63,566 bases of DNA from the IMG/VR virus record IMGVR_UViG_3300025832_000008, positions 1 through 63,566 of that record; one strand, given 5' to 3'. A program made the position numbers and the translations under genes. Shown piece by piece: positions 6,691 through 15,791 of the stretch. The stretch is from a virus (lineage: Duplodnaviria > Caudoviricetes). A model generated the notes under the pieces. That model ran no database searches and was not told where the DNA came from. It saw only the letters and a program-made list of their open reading frames with translations. The number at the start of each line of letters is the position of its first letter. Positions within the stretch are counted from its first letter, which is position 1.

Positions 6691-7517
6691 TGTTTCTTGC
6701 AACTCCAGGATTTTTAACACCGCAAGTTTCTGGCACTGACCCAGACGCTGCGGCTTATATATTGGCGGCAGGTATAACAGACCCAACAGAAGAAGCCGCT
6801 GTTAATCAATTGGTACTTGACTTAAAAGGAATAGGAAGTACGCCAAGTGGAACAGACCTATGGACAGATGCAGCAGCATTTTATCCTATCAGTCCAACCA
6901 GCTTATCGGCGGCAACATACAACCTACGAGATACCACTAGCTTTAATATGACTTGGCTAAATAGTCCAACACATGCATCTACTGGTGTTACTCTCAACGG
7001 CACTAATCAGCATGGTGATACAGGTTTTGACCCTGCTGTGGAAACTTTAGCTAATGGTTACGACATCACACTTGGTATGCAGATAGTGAATGCAAACCCA
7101 GTAGCGGTTGGTTTGATGAGTGCTGTCATTGCAACAGGAAAAAGAACTGGAATGTTATTAATCAGCGGTAATCTTTACCAAGACATTCACAACACAGGAG
7201 GTGGTAGATGGGTGACTAGCACAGGCGGAACATACGAAGGGCGCATGATTGTGAGCGCTGATAGAATAGCGAATGGTGGAAGAGCGAATTACTTGAACGG
7301 AACGTCATTAGGGACAAAGCTTTCTGAAGATAATGGAACACCTGTCAATCTATCATTATTTGTAGGCGCACAAAACAACGGTAGTGGGGGTCAGAACTTT
7401 ACAGCAATGGAAATGAGATTTGGTTTGATTATTCCAAAGGGACTAGATGCTACCGCAGTTACTGACCTAGATGACGCAATAGTTAGATATTCAACAGCGC
7501 TTTCAAGAAATATATAA
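6690..7517 (+). CDS. Putative virion adhesion / lectin-like (LamG-like) protein
   Basis: One copy of the DPDA.AYI.AAGITDPTE module that occurs twice in 13177..14727. Confidence 0.65.
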   Translation: MFLATPGFLTPQVSGTDPDAAAYILAAGITDPTEEAAVNQLVLDLKGIGSTPSGTDLWTDAAAFYPISPTSLSAATYNLRDTTSFNMTWLNSPTHASTGVTLNGTNQHGDTGFDPAVETLANGYDITLGMQIVNANPVAVGLMSAVIATGKRTGMLLISGNLYQDIHNTGGGRWVTSTGGTYEGRMIVSADRIANGGRANYLNGTSLGTKLSEDNGTPVNLSLFVGAQNNGSGGQNFTAMEMRFGLIIPKGLDATAVTDLDDAIVRYSTALSRNI

Positions 7518-7585
7518 AATGCAAGAAGTAGAAGTATTGCCTGAGAGTTTGTATCCAGCTGTACCATTGTTATAATAAAATAAAG

Positions 7586-7593
7586 TATATTTG
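7586..7593 (+). promoter_or_regulatory. Bacteroidota-type -7 box (TAnnTTTG) upstream of groEL
   Basis: TATATTTG 22 nt before the ATG at 7616. Confidence 0.5.
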
Positions 7594-7615
7594 TACTTAA
7601 ATTAAATTAAATTTC

Positions 7616-9163
7616 ATGAGAGGAAACAACATTGTAAAGAATCTAAATTTCGGTTTAGAGGCTAGAGAAGGAATCTACCAGGGAGTAGATAAACTGTATA
7701 AAGCAGTTAGTTCAACATTAGGTGCATCTGGAAAGGCTGTAATACTAGAAGATGAAGACGGTAACCCAATAATAACAAAGGATGGTGTAAGTGTTGCAAA
7801 TGCAATCACATTATTAGATCCAGTTGAAAATATGGGCGCAACGCTACTAAAAGATGCCGCTCGTAAAACAGTTGAAGAAGCTGGTGACGGTACAACCACT
7901 GCGACTGTATTAGCACATGCCATTTTAACTGAAGCATATAGCCATGACGCTAAAGATGTTAAGGAAGGTATTAAGACTGCAACTGAAAAAGTAATCAAGT
8001 ACTTAGAATCTGTAGCAAGTCCAGTTAAGGGTGATATGCTTAAACACATTGCAACAATATCGGCTAACAATGATCCTGAAATTGGTAAAATAATTTCTTC
8101 CGCTTTCGCTGAGGTAGGTGATAATGGCGTAGTTACAATGGAGCAATCATCCGATGAAAACACATTGTATAAAGTAATTAACGGTGCTTCATTTGATAAA
8201 GGTCTTGTTAATCTATTTTTCGCTACTAACGAAGACAAGAACAAATGCGTTCTAAATAATCCGTTAGTATTGATATGTGAAAATAAAATAGATAACATAA
8301 GGAAGATTGAATCTGTACTTAAACACGTAATGGTTAATAAGCGAGAGCTATTGATTGTTGCTGAAATGGATTCGCAGGTTTCAGGTGCATTAGCCATGAA
8401 CAAGATGAAAGGTAACATTAAGTGTAATGTTATTGATTCACCAGACTTTGGATTCAATAGAAAGCAGAAGCTTCATGATCTTTCTTTAATTACCGGAGCT
8501 AAAGTAATTAGTGAGGATCTTGGTGATGATATTGATCTTATAGAGATTGAGCATTTAGGTTCATGTTCTAGAGCAACAACAGATCTTCATGAGACCATCA
8601 TAGAGATAGCAGAGGAGTCAGAAGAGCTTACCGCAGCAATAGAGTCAGTTAAACGTCAAATAGAAGAAGAGGACAAGCCTGGTAAGAAAGCACAGCTTGA
8701 TAGAAGATTAGGATTTCTATCATGTAAAGTAGCTGTAATAAAAGTTGGAGCAAATTCTGAGGTAGAACTTAAAGAAAAGACAGATAGAGTTGAAGATGCA
8801 ATTTTTGCAACTAGAGCAGCTATTAAAGAAGGTGTTGTATCAGGTGGCGGTATTGCGCTGTTAAATGCTTCATATAGTTTTGCTCCTGATAATCAAGGTG
8901 AGGAAATATTATTAAATTCTATACGGAAACCACTTGAGGTGATATTAGAGAATGCTGATAGATTTGGTGATGAAATTAATGATATCGGTTCTAAAGATGG
9001 ATTTGGTATGAATGTTAAGACTGGTGAAATGGTCAACATGATTGAAGCTGGAATTATTGATCCGCTATTAGTGACTAAGAGTGCATTAAAGAACGCGGTG
9101 TCAGTTGCTACAACTATATTATCAACAAACTGTGTAATTAATAACTTAAGGACTAAGGAATAA
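7616..9163 (+). CDS. groEL: Chaperonin GroEL (Cpn60)
   Basis: TKDGVSVA, AGDGTTTATVLA, ATISANND, E.KEK.DRVEDA, GGG.ALL and GIIDP motifs. Confidence 0.97.
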   Translation: MRGNNIVKNLNFGLEAREGIYQGVDKLYKAVSSTLGASGKAVILEDEDGNPIITKDGVSVANAITLLDPVENMGATLLKDAARKTVEEAGDGTTTATVLAHAILTEAYSHDAKDVKEGIKTATEKVIKYLESVASPVKGDMLKHIATISANNDPEIGKIISSAFAEVGDNGVVTMEQSSDENTLYKVINGASFDKGLVNLFFATNEDKNKCVLNNPLVLICENKIDNIRKIESVLKHVMVNKRELLIVAEMDSQVSGALAMNKMKGNIKCNVIDSPDFGFNRKQKLHDLSLITGAKVISEDLGDDIDLIEIEHLGSCSRATTDLHETIIEIAEESEELTAAIESVKRQIEEEDKPGKKAQLDRRLGFLSCKVAVIKVGANSEVELKEKTDRVEDAIFATRAAIKEGVVSGGGIALLNASYSFAPDNQGEEILLNSIRKPLEVILENADRFGDEINDIGSKDGFGMNVKTGEMVNMIEAGIIDPLLVTKSALKNAVSVATTILSTNCVINNLRTKE

Positions 9164-9423
9164 TGAAAGTAATGGGTAATTATGTGTTGATTCAGCCTAT
9201 AAAAGCTGCTAGCATAAAAACAGAAAGTGGATTAGAACTTGGACAAATACATATATCTGATCTAAGATACAGAGAAGCTAAGGTTAAGGAATTTAGTAAA
9301 GATATTGAGGGATTAAACATCGATGATGTTGTATACTATGATAAGCATGCTGGATTTGATCTAACCATAGATAATGAATTATACAAAGTAATAAAGCAAC
9401 CAGATATTATCTTAGTTGTATAA
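9163..9423 (+). CDS. groES: Co-chaperonin GroES (Cpn10)
   Basis: 86 aa; KTESGLEL mobile loop; D.V.Y.K.AG...I....Y.VI...DI; coupled to groEL. Confidence 0.85.
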   Translation: MKVMGNYVLIQPIKAASIKTESGLELGQIHISDLRYREAKVKEFSKDIEGLNIDDVVYYDKHAGFDLTIDNELYKVIKQPDIILVV

Positions 9424-9866
9424 TGCGCGTTGAAGCTGAAGATATAAGAAATCTTAATGTATTAAAGCATTATAGGACTATTAGAAAATGGGCTCACAAG
9501 ACGAAGAGTATAAGAGAGGCAGATCTAGAGATTTTAATATATCTAGACTGTCTCGACTACTTTCGTAGAGTAGACTTTCAAGAAGGTACATTTGCTTACA
9601 GTTGGGATAAAGGCAGATGGGATAGATTAAGGAACGATGGTTGGGTTGAAGTGTGGAGAACAAGGAACAACACAACTAGGAAGTTTAATCTTTATAAAGT
9701 AACATTCAAGGGTAAGCAACTAATTAACCAAATATATCGTATAATGCTTGGGCAAGAAGATTTACCAAGTAGTACAAAAAGAAACCCTATAATGAAGGGT
9801 GAAACATATATGGACAAAGTACTTAAGGTATCTATAGATTTAGTAAATAAAGACGAAACAAGATAA
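9423..9866 (+). CDS. Hypothetical protein, possibly winged-helix-like
   Basis: DLEILIYL ... L...GWV ... LY.VT.KG pattern recalls MarR-like wHTH. Confidence 0.6.
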   Translation: MRVEAEDIRNLNVLKHYRTIRKWAHKTKSIREADLEILIYLDCLDYFRRVDFQEGTFAYSWDKGRWDRLRNDGWVEVWRTRNNTTRKFNLYKVTFKGKQLINQIYRIMLGQEDLPSSTKRNPIMKGETYMDKVLKVSIDLVNKDETR

Positions 9867-9870
9867 AAAT

Positions 9871-10539
9871 ATGAAAAAAGCATTTTACAAAACGGGTTTA
9901 AATCAAGAAAGCGATAAAAAAAAGGGCGCTTATGGTAATAACACCATGCTTGGAACAAGCTCTGTAATAGGTAGAGCTACTAACATGGGTGAGGCCAAAG
10001 AAGATGAATCACCAAGCAAGACATTGTCAGAAAGTAATATGGGTAAATCACCTGAATCAGAAACTGAAGCTAGACACGCGAAAGGTCATTACAAAATGAG
10101 TGATTATTTTGGTGGTGGTCAGAACCTAAATAAAGAAGGTATTATGTCTGTTTTAAAGGCTAAGATTGAAGATAAAGCTACTGCTAGAAAAGCTAAAAAC
10201 CTAGAGAAATACAATTCTATTAAGAAAGGTGAATATGAATCTAGCAATAAAACTCTAAATAATGTAGATCCAACGGCGCCAAGTGATTCTAAAATGGACG
10301 CACGACAAGCAGCACCAGATGATAGAACTGGCCAAACCAGAGTTCAAGGAGATGCTAGCATTAAGTTGTATAACGAAAAAGACTACCCAGATAGCGAGAT
10401 GCCAGCTGGTAAGTTTAAGGCTGCACCTATAGATCTTGATATTGCAAAAGATACATCTGAATTAGATATATCTGCTTTTATGCAAGTGTCTGATGCTTTT
10501 AGTAGAGCAGCTGGAAGATCTAAAAAATACCAAAAATAA
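9871..10539 (+). CDS. Hypothetical hydrophilic protein
   Basis: ORF within the operon. Confidence 0.8.
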   Translation: MKKAFYKTGLNQESDKKKGAYGNNTMLGTSSVIGRATNMGEAKEDESPSKTLSESNMGKSPESETEARHAKGHYKMSDYFGGGQNLNKEGIMSVLKAKIEDKATARKAKNLEKYNSIKKGEYESSNKTLNNVDPTAPSDSKMDARQAAPDDRTGQTRVQGDASIKLYNEKDYPDSEMPAGKFKAAPIDLDIAKDTSELDISAFMQVSDAFSRAAGRSKKYQK

Positions 10540-10545
10540 AAAACA

Positions 10546-10770
10546 ATGAATCAATACGACACACAGCAACCAATATCAGCACAACCCCAGGTACAACCTG
10601 AACAAGTGCAAGCGACAGACCCTATTACACAAGCAGCTTTAGCAACGGCTCCTGTGCCAGTAGAAGATATATATTCTCCTTCAAAGGGTGTTGGATACAA
10701 GCAATCAGATACATTAGATAATGCCGCATTAAATATGTTTGGCTCAGAAGCAAATAGAAACCTAAGATAA
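10546..10770 (+). CDS. Hypothetical protein (Q/P-rich)
   Basis: ORF within the operon. Confidence 0.75.
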   Translation: MNQYDTQQPISAQPQVQPEQVQATDPITQAALATAPVPVEDIYSPSKGVGYKQSDTLDNAALNMFGSEANRNLR

Positions 10771-10772
10771 TT

Positions 10773-10982
10773 ATGAAAAAAAATAACATATACGAAGCTC
10801 CAAATAGTAGAAAGTACGCAGCAGAACAAGGTATTGATGCTACTTGGGAAGGTCCATTAAATATGGATAATATGCCAATCGCGCCTGGACGTAGTTCTGG
10901 AGCTGATGGTATTCAATTACTTGCAAAGAATGAGTATCCTTATCTAGCAGGTCCAATCACTCAAAGAGCAAAGGGTGAATAA
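10773..10982 (+). CDS. Hypothetical protein
   Basis: ORF within the operon. Confidence 0.75.
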   Translation: MKKNNIYEAPNSRKYAAEQGIDATWEGPLNMDNMPIAPGRSSGADGIQLLAKNEYPYLAGPITQRAKGE

Positions 10983-11433
10983 TATAAGCAAGCATATAAC
11001 ATATTCAGAGGCAACACGTAGTCAAACGGCTACCAAGAATGGCATAGAGAACAGCCCTAGTGAACAACAGTTGGTTGCAATGTGCATTCTTGCTGAAAAA
11101 GTATTTGAACCTCTTAGAATCCACGTAGCGGGTCCTGTAGCTATAAATAGTTTCTTCAGATCCGTTGAGTTAAATAAAAAACTTGGTGGATCATCAACTT
11201 CACAACATTGTAAAGGTGAGGCTATGGACATAGATGATACTTACGGACATATGTCAAACGCTGACATGTTTAATTTTATTAAGGATAATCTAGACTTTGA
11301 CCAAATGATATGGGAGTACGGAAATAATGATAATCCAGATTGGGTTCATGTCTCGTATAAGAAGTCTGGTAATCGAAAAGAAATACTACGATGTCAAAGA
11401 ATAAATGGAAAAACGGTTTACTCTCACTATTAA
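10975..11433 (+). CDS. Endolysin, peptidase M15A-like (Zn D-Ala-D-Ala peptidase fold)
   Basis: NS.FRS..LN...GG...SQH..GEA.D and W.HVSY zinc-site motifs. Confidence 0.9.
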   Translation: MNNISKHITYSEATRSQTATKNGIENSPSEQQLVAMCILAEKVFEPLRIHVAGPVAINSFFRSVELNKKLGGSSTSQHCKGEAMDIDDTYGHMSNADMFNFIKDNLDFDQMIWEYGNNDNPDWVHVSYKKSGNRKEILRCQRINGKTVYSHY

Positions 11434-11900
11434 TATTAGTGATTTTATCTTCTTGTTCTTTAGAGAAAAGAATAGAGCGTAGATTAAGAAGAGCAGAAAG
11501 AAAGATAGAGAAGTTAACTATAAAATATCCATCTATACTAAAAAAGGATACACTACATGATACTATCGAAGTATATACACCACTTGTACAATATGATACT
11601 TCTTTTATTGATACGAATAGAGATACTATTTTTATTAATAAAGATAGACTTAGCATTAAATATATTAGGGTGGGAGACACCACCTTTATTCAGGGAGAAT
11701 GCAAGAGTGACACTATTATTAAGACGATCAAAGTTCCTTATGAAAAAGTTGTAGTTAGAAAGCAAGGTATAATTGAGCAGCTTGGTAAGAATTTAAAGAG
11801 AATATTATTAATAGGATTCATGCTATTAATTGTTTTAATAGCACTGTATGTAATATTTAAATTATTGATAAAATCAATATTTCCACTACGGCTACCATAG
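11391..11900 (+). CDS. Putative lipoprotein / unimolecular-spanin-like lysis protein
   Basis: N-terminal lipobox LSSC and a C-terminal transmembrane helix; overlaps the endolysin gene. Confidence 0.65.
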   Translation: MSKNKWKNGLLSLLILVILSSCSLEKRIERRLRRAERKIEKLTIKYPSILKKDTLHDTIEVYTPLVQYDTSFIDTNRDTIFINKDRLSIKYIRVGDTTFIQGECKSDTIIKTIKVPYEKVVVRKQGIIEQLGKNLKRILLIGFMLLIVLIALYVIFKLLIKSIFPLRLP

Positions 11901-11940
11901 TTAGATAGAAAAGTTATGATATTGTGTAATATATAAGTAT

Positions 11941-12213
11941 ATGGCAACTAAGATAGATAAATCAAAAATGAAGTGTAACTCGCCGAAAGCTCAAAGAAGC
12001 GGCACTAAGTCACACGTAGTTAAAGCATGTGCAAACGGCAAAGAAAAAATAATAAGATTTGGTGAGTACGGAGCTAGCACTGCTGGCAAACCTAAACCAG
12101 GCGAGTCTGATAGAATGAAGGCTAAAAGAAAGTCTTTTAAAAGTAGACACGGTAAAAATATAGCTAAAGGAAAAATGTCGGCAGCGTATTGGGCGGATAA
12201 AGTAAAGTGGTAA
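11941..12213 (+). CDS. Conserved small basic phage protein (RFG...RKSF..RH...SAAYW)
   Basis: Motif pattern I recognise from aquatic phage hypothetical proteins; function unknown. Confidence 0.8.
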   Translation: MATKIDKSKMKCNSPKAQRSGTKSHVVKACANGKEKIIRFGEYGASTAGKPKPGESDRMKAKRKSFKSRHGKNIAKGKMSAAYWADKVKW

Positions 12214-12233
12214 AAATTATTAAAAACAAATCA

Positions 12234-12365
12234 ATGAACATAACATCTGAATCAAGCTCGCTTGAGCAACTTTTAAAACAAATGGAACAAAAGGATAAAG
12301 AAGTTAAGATAGTACCACAAGTTTGTGATATAGAAGATTCTGAATGTATTTCATGTGGTAGTTAA
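12234..12365 (+). CDS. 43-aa peptide ending C-x6-C-x2-CGS (not in ORF track)
   Basis: Own translation: MNITSESSSLEQLLKQMEQKDKEVKIVPQVCDIEDSECISCGS; A-rich start context; fills an operon gap. Confidence 0.75.
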   Translation: MNITSESSSLEQLLKQMEQKDKEVKIVPQVCDIEDSECISCGS

Positions 12366-12386
12366 TAAAAACAAAAAAAAGTAAAC

Positions 12387-12557
12387 ATGTATAAAAATAC
12401 AAAAAAAGGTGGACCAAAAATGGCGCCGCTAGTTGGAATGGCAGTTAAAGCATTAGCACCTATGGTTATTAGTAAAATTGCTGGAAAGGCTAAAGAGAAA
12501 AGTGGCTTGATGATGAAAAGCAAAGGTGGAACCTTTATGTCAAAGAACTGTAAGTAA
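12387..12557 (+). CDS. 56-aa cationic amphipathic peptide (not in ORF track)
   Basis: MYKNTKKGGPKMAPLVGMAVKALAPMVISKIAGKAKEKSGLMMKSKGGTFMSKNCK; TAATG overlap with the next ORF. Confidence 0.75.
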   Translation: MYKNTKKGGPKMAPLVGMAVKALAPMVISKIAGKAKEKSGLMMKSKGGTFMSKNCK

Positions 12558-12901
12558 TGCCTTTTAAATTAGGTAACAAACCAATTGAATTAAATGGTCC
12601 ATCTGTTTATTACGAAGATCTAGGACCTGGTGTCTTAGGTCAAACTAATAAAAATGGTACTATTGCTATTAATTCAAAATTAAGTCCTAAATTTGTAGAT
12701 GAAGTAATTGAACACGAGAAGGTTCATATTAATCAAATATCTAGAGGTGATCTTACTTACGATGACGATAACATATATTGGAAAGGAAAAAAGTTTAATA
12801 AAGAACTTCACATGGTGAGAAATTCAAAAGATACACCATGGGAAAAAGAGGCTTATACTAAGTCAAACACAAAACACGGAGATACAAAATACAATATTTA
12901 A
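12557..12901 (+). CDS. Small zincin-like metallopeptidase
   Basis: HEKVH (HExxH) plus a downstream PWE.EAY motif. Confidence 0.8.
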   Translation: MPFKLGNKPIELNGPSVYYEDLGPGVLGQTNKNGTIAINSKLSPKFVDEVIEHEKVHINQISRGDLTYDDDNIYWKGKKFNKELHMVRNSKDTPWEKEAYTKSNTKHGDTKYNI

Positions 12902-12903
12902 AA

Positions 12904-13170
12904 ATGGGACAATATTTAAACCAGCCAGATTTTGGCACACAGGCTGTAGATGTAACGCCTAGCGATACCATCGATTCTACTACTAAAGTAAACCAGATGA
13001 TACTTTATGTAGGTGGAACTGGTAGCGTAAAAGTATTAATGGCTGGTAAGACACAACTTGCTGACGCTGTTACTTTTACTAATATTCCAGACGGTACTTT
13101 TCTACCAATCGTAGTAGATTATGTACTAGCTACAGGAACAACTGCAACTGCCATTATTGGCGTAAAATAA
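12904..13170 (+). CDS. Small virion structural protein (VTPSD...LYVG..G.V.V...ATGTTAT)
   Basis: Motif common in phage tail/spike-base proteins. Confidence 0.7.
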   Translation: MGQYLNQPDFGTQAVDVTPSDTIDSTTKVNQMILYVGGTGSVKVLMAGKTQLADAVTFTNIPDGTFLPIVVDYVLATGTTATAIIGVK

Positions 13171-13176
13171 TAAACT

Positions 13177-14727
13177 ATGTCGATAGGGCTTGGTATAGGT
13201 AATTCTATTGGTGGTAAAGTAAGTGGATTTGGTGGAGGACCATCGGTTGACCCTGCTCAGGCTTACATCACAGCAGCAGGTATAACAGACCCAACAGAAC
13301 AAGCGGCTGTTATTCAACTTGTTTCTGACTTAAAAGGAACAGGAAGTACTACTAATAACACAGACGTATGGAGTGATTCATACACAATCTATCCATTATC
13401 ACCTACTTCATTAACTGCTGCGAAATACAATCTTAAAGACCCAACTCAAAACATTACTTGGAACAATGGTCCAACACACGCAACTACTGGAATAACGGGT
13501 AACGGTACTGATGCCTATGGAGATACAAATTGGAATCCTACAACTGAAGGTATTGATATTAATAATGCTGGTCTAACATATTCTGGTGAGTATTCGGATG
13601 GTGATTATGCATTAGGCGTATATAATTCGGTTAGATGGTTTGTAATAAGAAATTCAGCAAATAGAAAAATAGCGTACATTGGTGCTTCATCATCAGCGGC
13701 TAATCCTGTTGACCTTAATAGAAGCATAAGCACGGCAGTAAGAACCAGTGGAACACTGATAAAAATGTACACTAACGGGGCTGAGTCTTCCTTAAACTTG
13801 GCATCAAGTGGCGGTTCGGTTGTGCCAAACGCTAACTTTTTCTTATTAGGTTATAGTAACTCTGGAGCTTTATCAGCTCCGTTTGCTGGTGAGATGGACT
13901 TTGTGGCAATACACAAAGGATTAACGGCTAACCAAGCAAAAGATTTATCAGACGCAATAACAACTTATAACACAGCAGTAAGAACAGACCCTGATGCTAC
14001 TGCTTACATCACAGCAGCAGGTATAACAGACCCAACAGAGCAAGCGGCTGTTATTCAACTTGTTTCTGACTTAAAAGGAACAGGAAGTACAACTAATAAC
14101 ACAGATATATGGACAGGGCTAGATGCAATTTATCCAACATCCCCAACTTCCCTAGCTGCTGCGGAATACAATCTTAAAGACCCTGCTACTTACCAAATCA
14201 CTTGGTACAATTCTCCTACACATTCAAGTGCAGGAGTAGCTTTTGATGGCTTAGATCAGTATGGAGATACAGGATACGCTCCTACCGATGGACTACAAAA
14301 TGATCATTCTTTCGGAGCTAATTTTAGTGCATATTCTGGAGGTAATGGTACGTTAATAGGAGCAAGAACAATCTCACCTAATTATTATAACGCAATCACA
14401 CAATATAATAGTAGGATATATTACGGCTTGAATAACGCTAGTGGGACTTCGAGATCTGGGGGTATAACACCTGCGCACTATATAGTAAATAGAGATAGTT
14501 CTTTGGTAACTTTATTTAGAGATACGGCAGATATTGGGCGTGTAACAGCAGCCTCCACAGGACAAAGCACATATACTTATTTTCTAGCCGCACAAAATTA
14601 TAATGGCTCAGCAAGTTTCTTAGGATCAGGAACAATGAACTTCAGTCATATAGGAGCTTCGTTAACGGCTAACCAAGTAACCGATTTATATGACGCAATA
14701 ACAACTTATAACACAGCAGTACGATGA
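13177..14727 (+). CDS. Putative virion adhesion protein with two tandem lectin-like modules
   Basis: Two ~250-aa repeats with near-identical ends and divergent cores. Confidence 0.75.
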   Translation: MSIGLGIGNSIGGKVSGFGGGPSVDPAQAYITAAGITDPTEQAAVIQLVSDLKGTGSTTNNTDVWSDSYTIYPLSPTSLTAAKYNLKDPTQNITWNNGPTHATTGITGNGTDAYGDTNWNPTTEGIDINNAGLTYSGEYSDGDYALGVYNSVRWFVIRNSANRKIAYIGASSSAANPVDLNRSISTAVRTSGTLIKMYTNGAESSLNLASSGGSVVPNANFFLLGYSNSGALSAPFAGEMDFVAIHKGLTANQAKDLSDAITTYNTAVRTDPDATAYITAAGITDPTEQAAVIQLVSDLKGTGSTTNNTDIWTGLDAIYPTSPTSLAAAEYNLKDPATYQITWYNSPTHSSAGVAFDGLDQYGDTGYAPTDGLQNDHSFGANFSAYSGGNGTLIGARTISPNYYNAITQYNSRIYYGLNNASGTSRSGGITPAHYIVNRDSSLVTLFRDTADIGRVTAASTGQSTYTYFLAAQNYNGSASFLGSGTMNFSHIGASLTANQVTDLYDAITTYNTAVR

Positions 14728-14930
14728 CAGCTTTAATAATACCAGACGTTTCTCAATTTCCAATACTAAGTAGCATTGATGATTTCTATTGGAATCCCAC
14801 TAATAACACCGTTGGCGGTGTGTATTGGCTACAATTAGAAGCTCAAACCGATTTAGACAATGCAGCAATTGCATACACTATTGGAGAAATTGAAATTGTA
14901 GAACCAGTAGGTCCAATAATAGAAGATTAA
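14724..14930 (+). CDS. Hypothetical protein (possible fibre chaperone)
   Basis: ATGA overlap with the upstream gene. Confidence 0.65.
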   Translation: MTALIIPDVSQFPILSSIDDFYWNPTNNTVGGVYWLQLEAQTDLDNAAIAYTIGEIEIVEPVGPIIED

Positions 14931-14931
14931 A

Positions 14932-15294
14932 ATGGAGATAATTGAAGGGATAGCTAAACTAATAGGTGAATACGGTTTACCTACAGTATCGTTAATAGCA
15001 CTTGTAGTATTAATATATAAAAAGTGGGATTACATTGTAACAACTCTTCAAGCAGCAGCTATAGTGAAAGAACAACAAAAAACAATAAGTGCGTTGAAAG
15101 AAACAATGGATTCTAATAACGCTAAACATGCTTTTCAAATAGATGAGTTAAACTCAAAGTTAGAGATAAATAATAAATTGATATTAGAGCAGTCTGTAAT
15201 TATTGCAACGCTCACGGCGCGTTTAGAGAGATATGAGGAAGTTATCACAAAGAAGATGGCCTCTAGCCCACGTAGACCTAAAAAGGCGTTGTAA
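14932..15294 (+). CDS. Membrane protein with coiled coil (holin-like)
   Basis: One N-terminal TM helix, a coiled coil and a basic C-terminus. Confidence 0.55.
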   Translation: MEIIEGIAKLIGEYGLPTVSLIALVVLIYKKWDYIVTTLQAAAIVKEQQKTISALKETMDSNNAKHAFQIDELNSKLEINNKLILEQSVIIATLTARLERYEEVITKKMASSPRRPKKAL

Positions 15295-15331
15295 TACATA
15301 GTAGAATTTACAAAAATTAAAATTAAATATT

Positions 15332-15568
15332 ATGAAAATAGAAGAACAAGAATTAGAGAAAATTAAAAGTGATTTCAATAAAACAGAGCAAATGGCAATG
15401 CAGATTGCTTCTCTTGAATTACAGAAAACAAGATTAATGAAAGATTATGCTGAGGTTATTGAATCAGCAAATAAAACTAGAGCTGAGTTAGAGGAAAAAT
15501 ATGGTCCTATATCTATAGACATGTCTGATGGTTCATACACAAAACCAGTTGAAAATGGGACGGTCTAA
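15332..15568 (+). CDS. Hypothetical coiled-coil protein (LEEKYG..SID..DG.Y)
   Basis: Conserved-looking phage small-protein motif. Confidence 0.8.
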   Translation: MKIEEQELEKIKSDFNKTEQMAMQIASLELQKTRLMKDYAEVIESANKTRAELEEKYGPISIDMSDGSYTKPVENGTV

Positions 15569-15791
15569 TACAGTTATAAGGAAAATAAGTATAGGTACTG
15601 AGTACAAGGATAATGCAATGCATTACTACGTAGGTCAGCCAGCTTGGGACAATCACATTGTACATACAATACAATTCATTGATGAAGATCAATCTCACAT
15701 TATATGGTTGGAAAAGTCAGGTGAGATAATGATGTGGAAGAAATTTAATAAAAATATGGCCATAGCGGTCGAATACGATTTAACATACTAA
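15555..15791 (+). CDS. Hypothetical protein (probable start 15555)
   Basis: IRKISIG..YK..AMHY.VGQ...WKKFN.NM...VEY. Confidence 0.75.
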   Translation: MGRSNTVIRKISIGTEYKDNAMHYYVGQPAWDNHIVHTIQFIDEDQSHIIWLEKSGEIMMWKKFNKNMAIAVEYDLTY

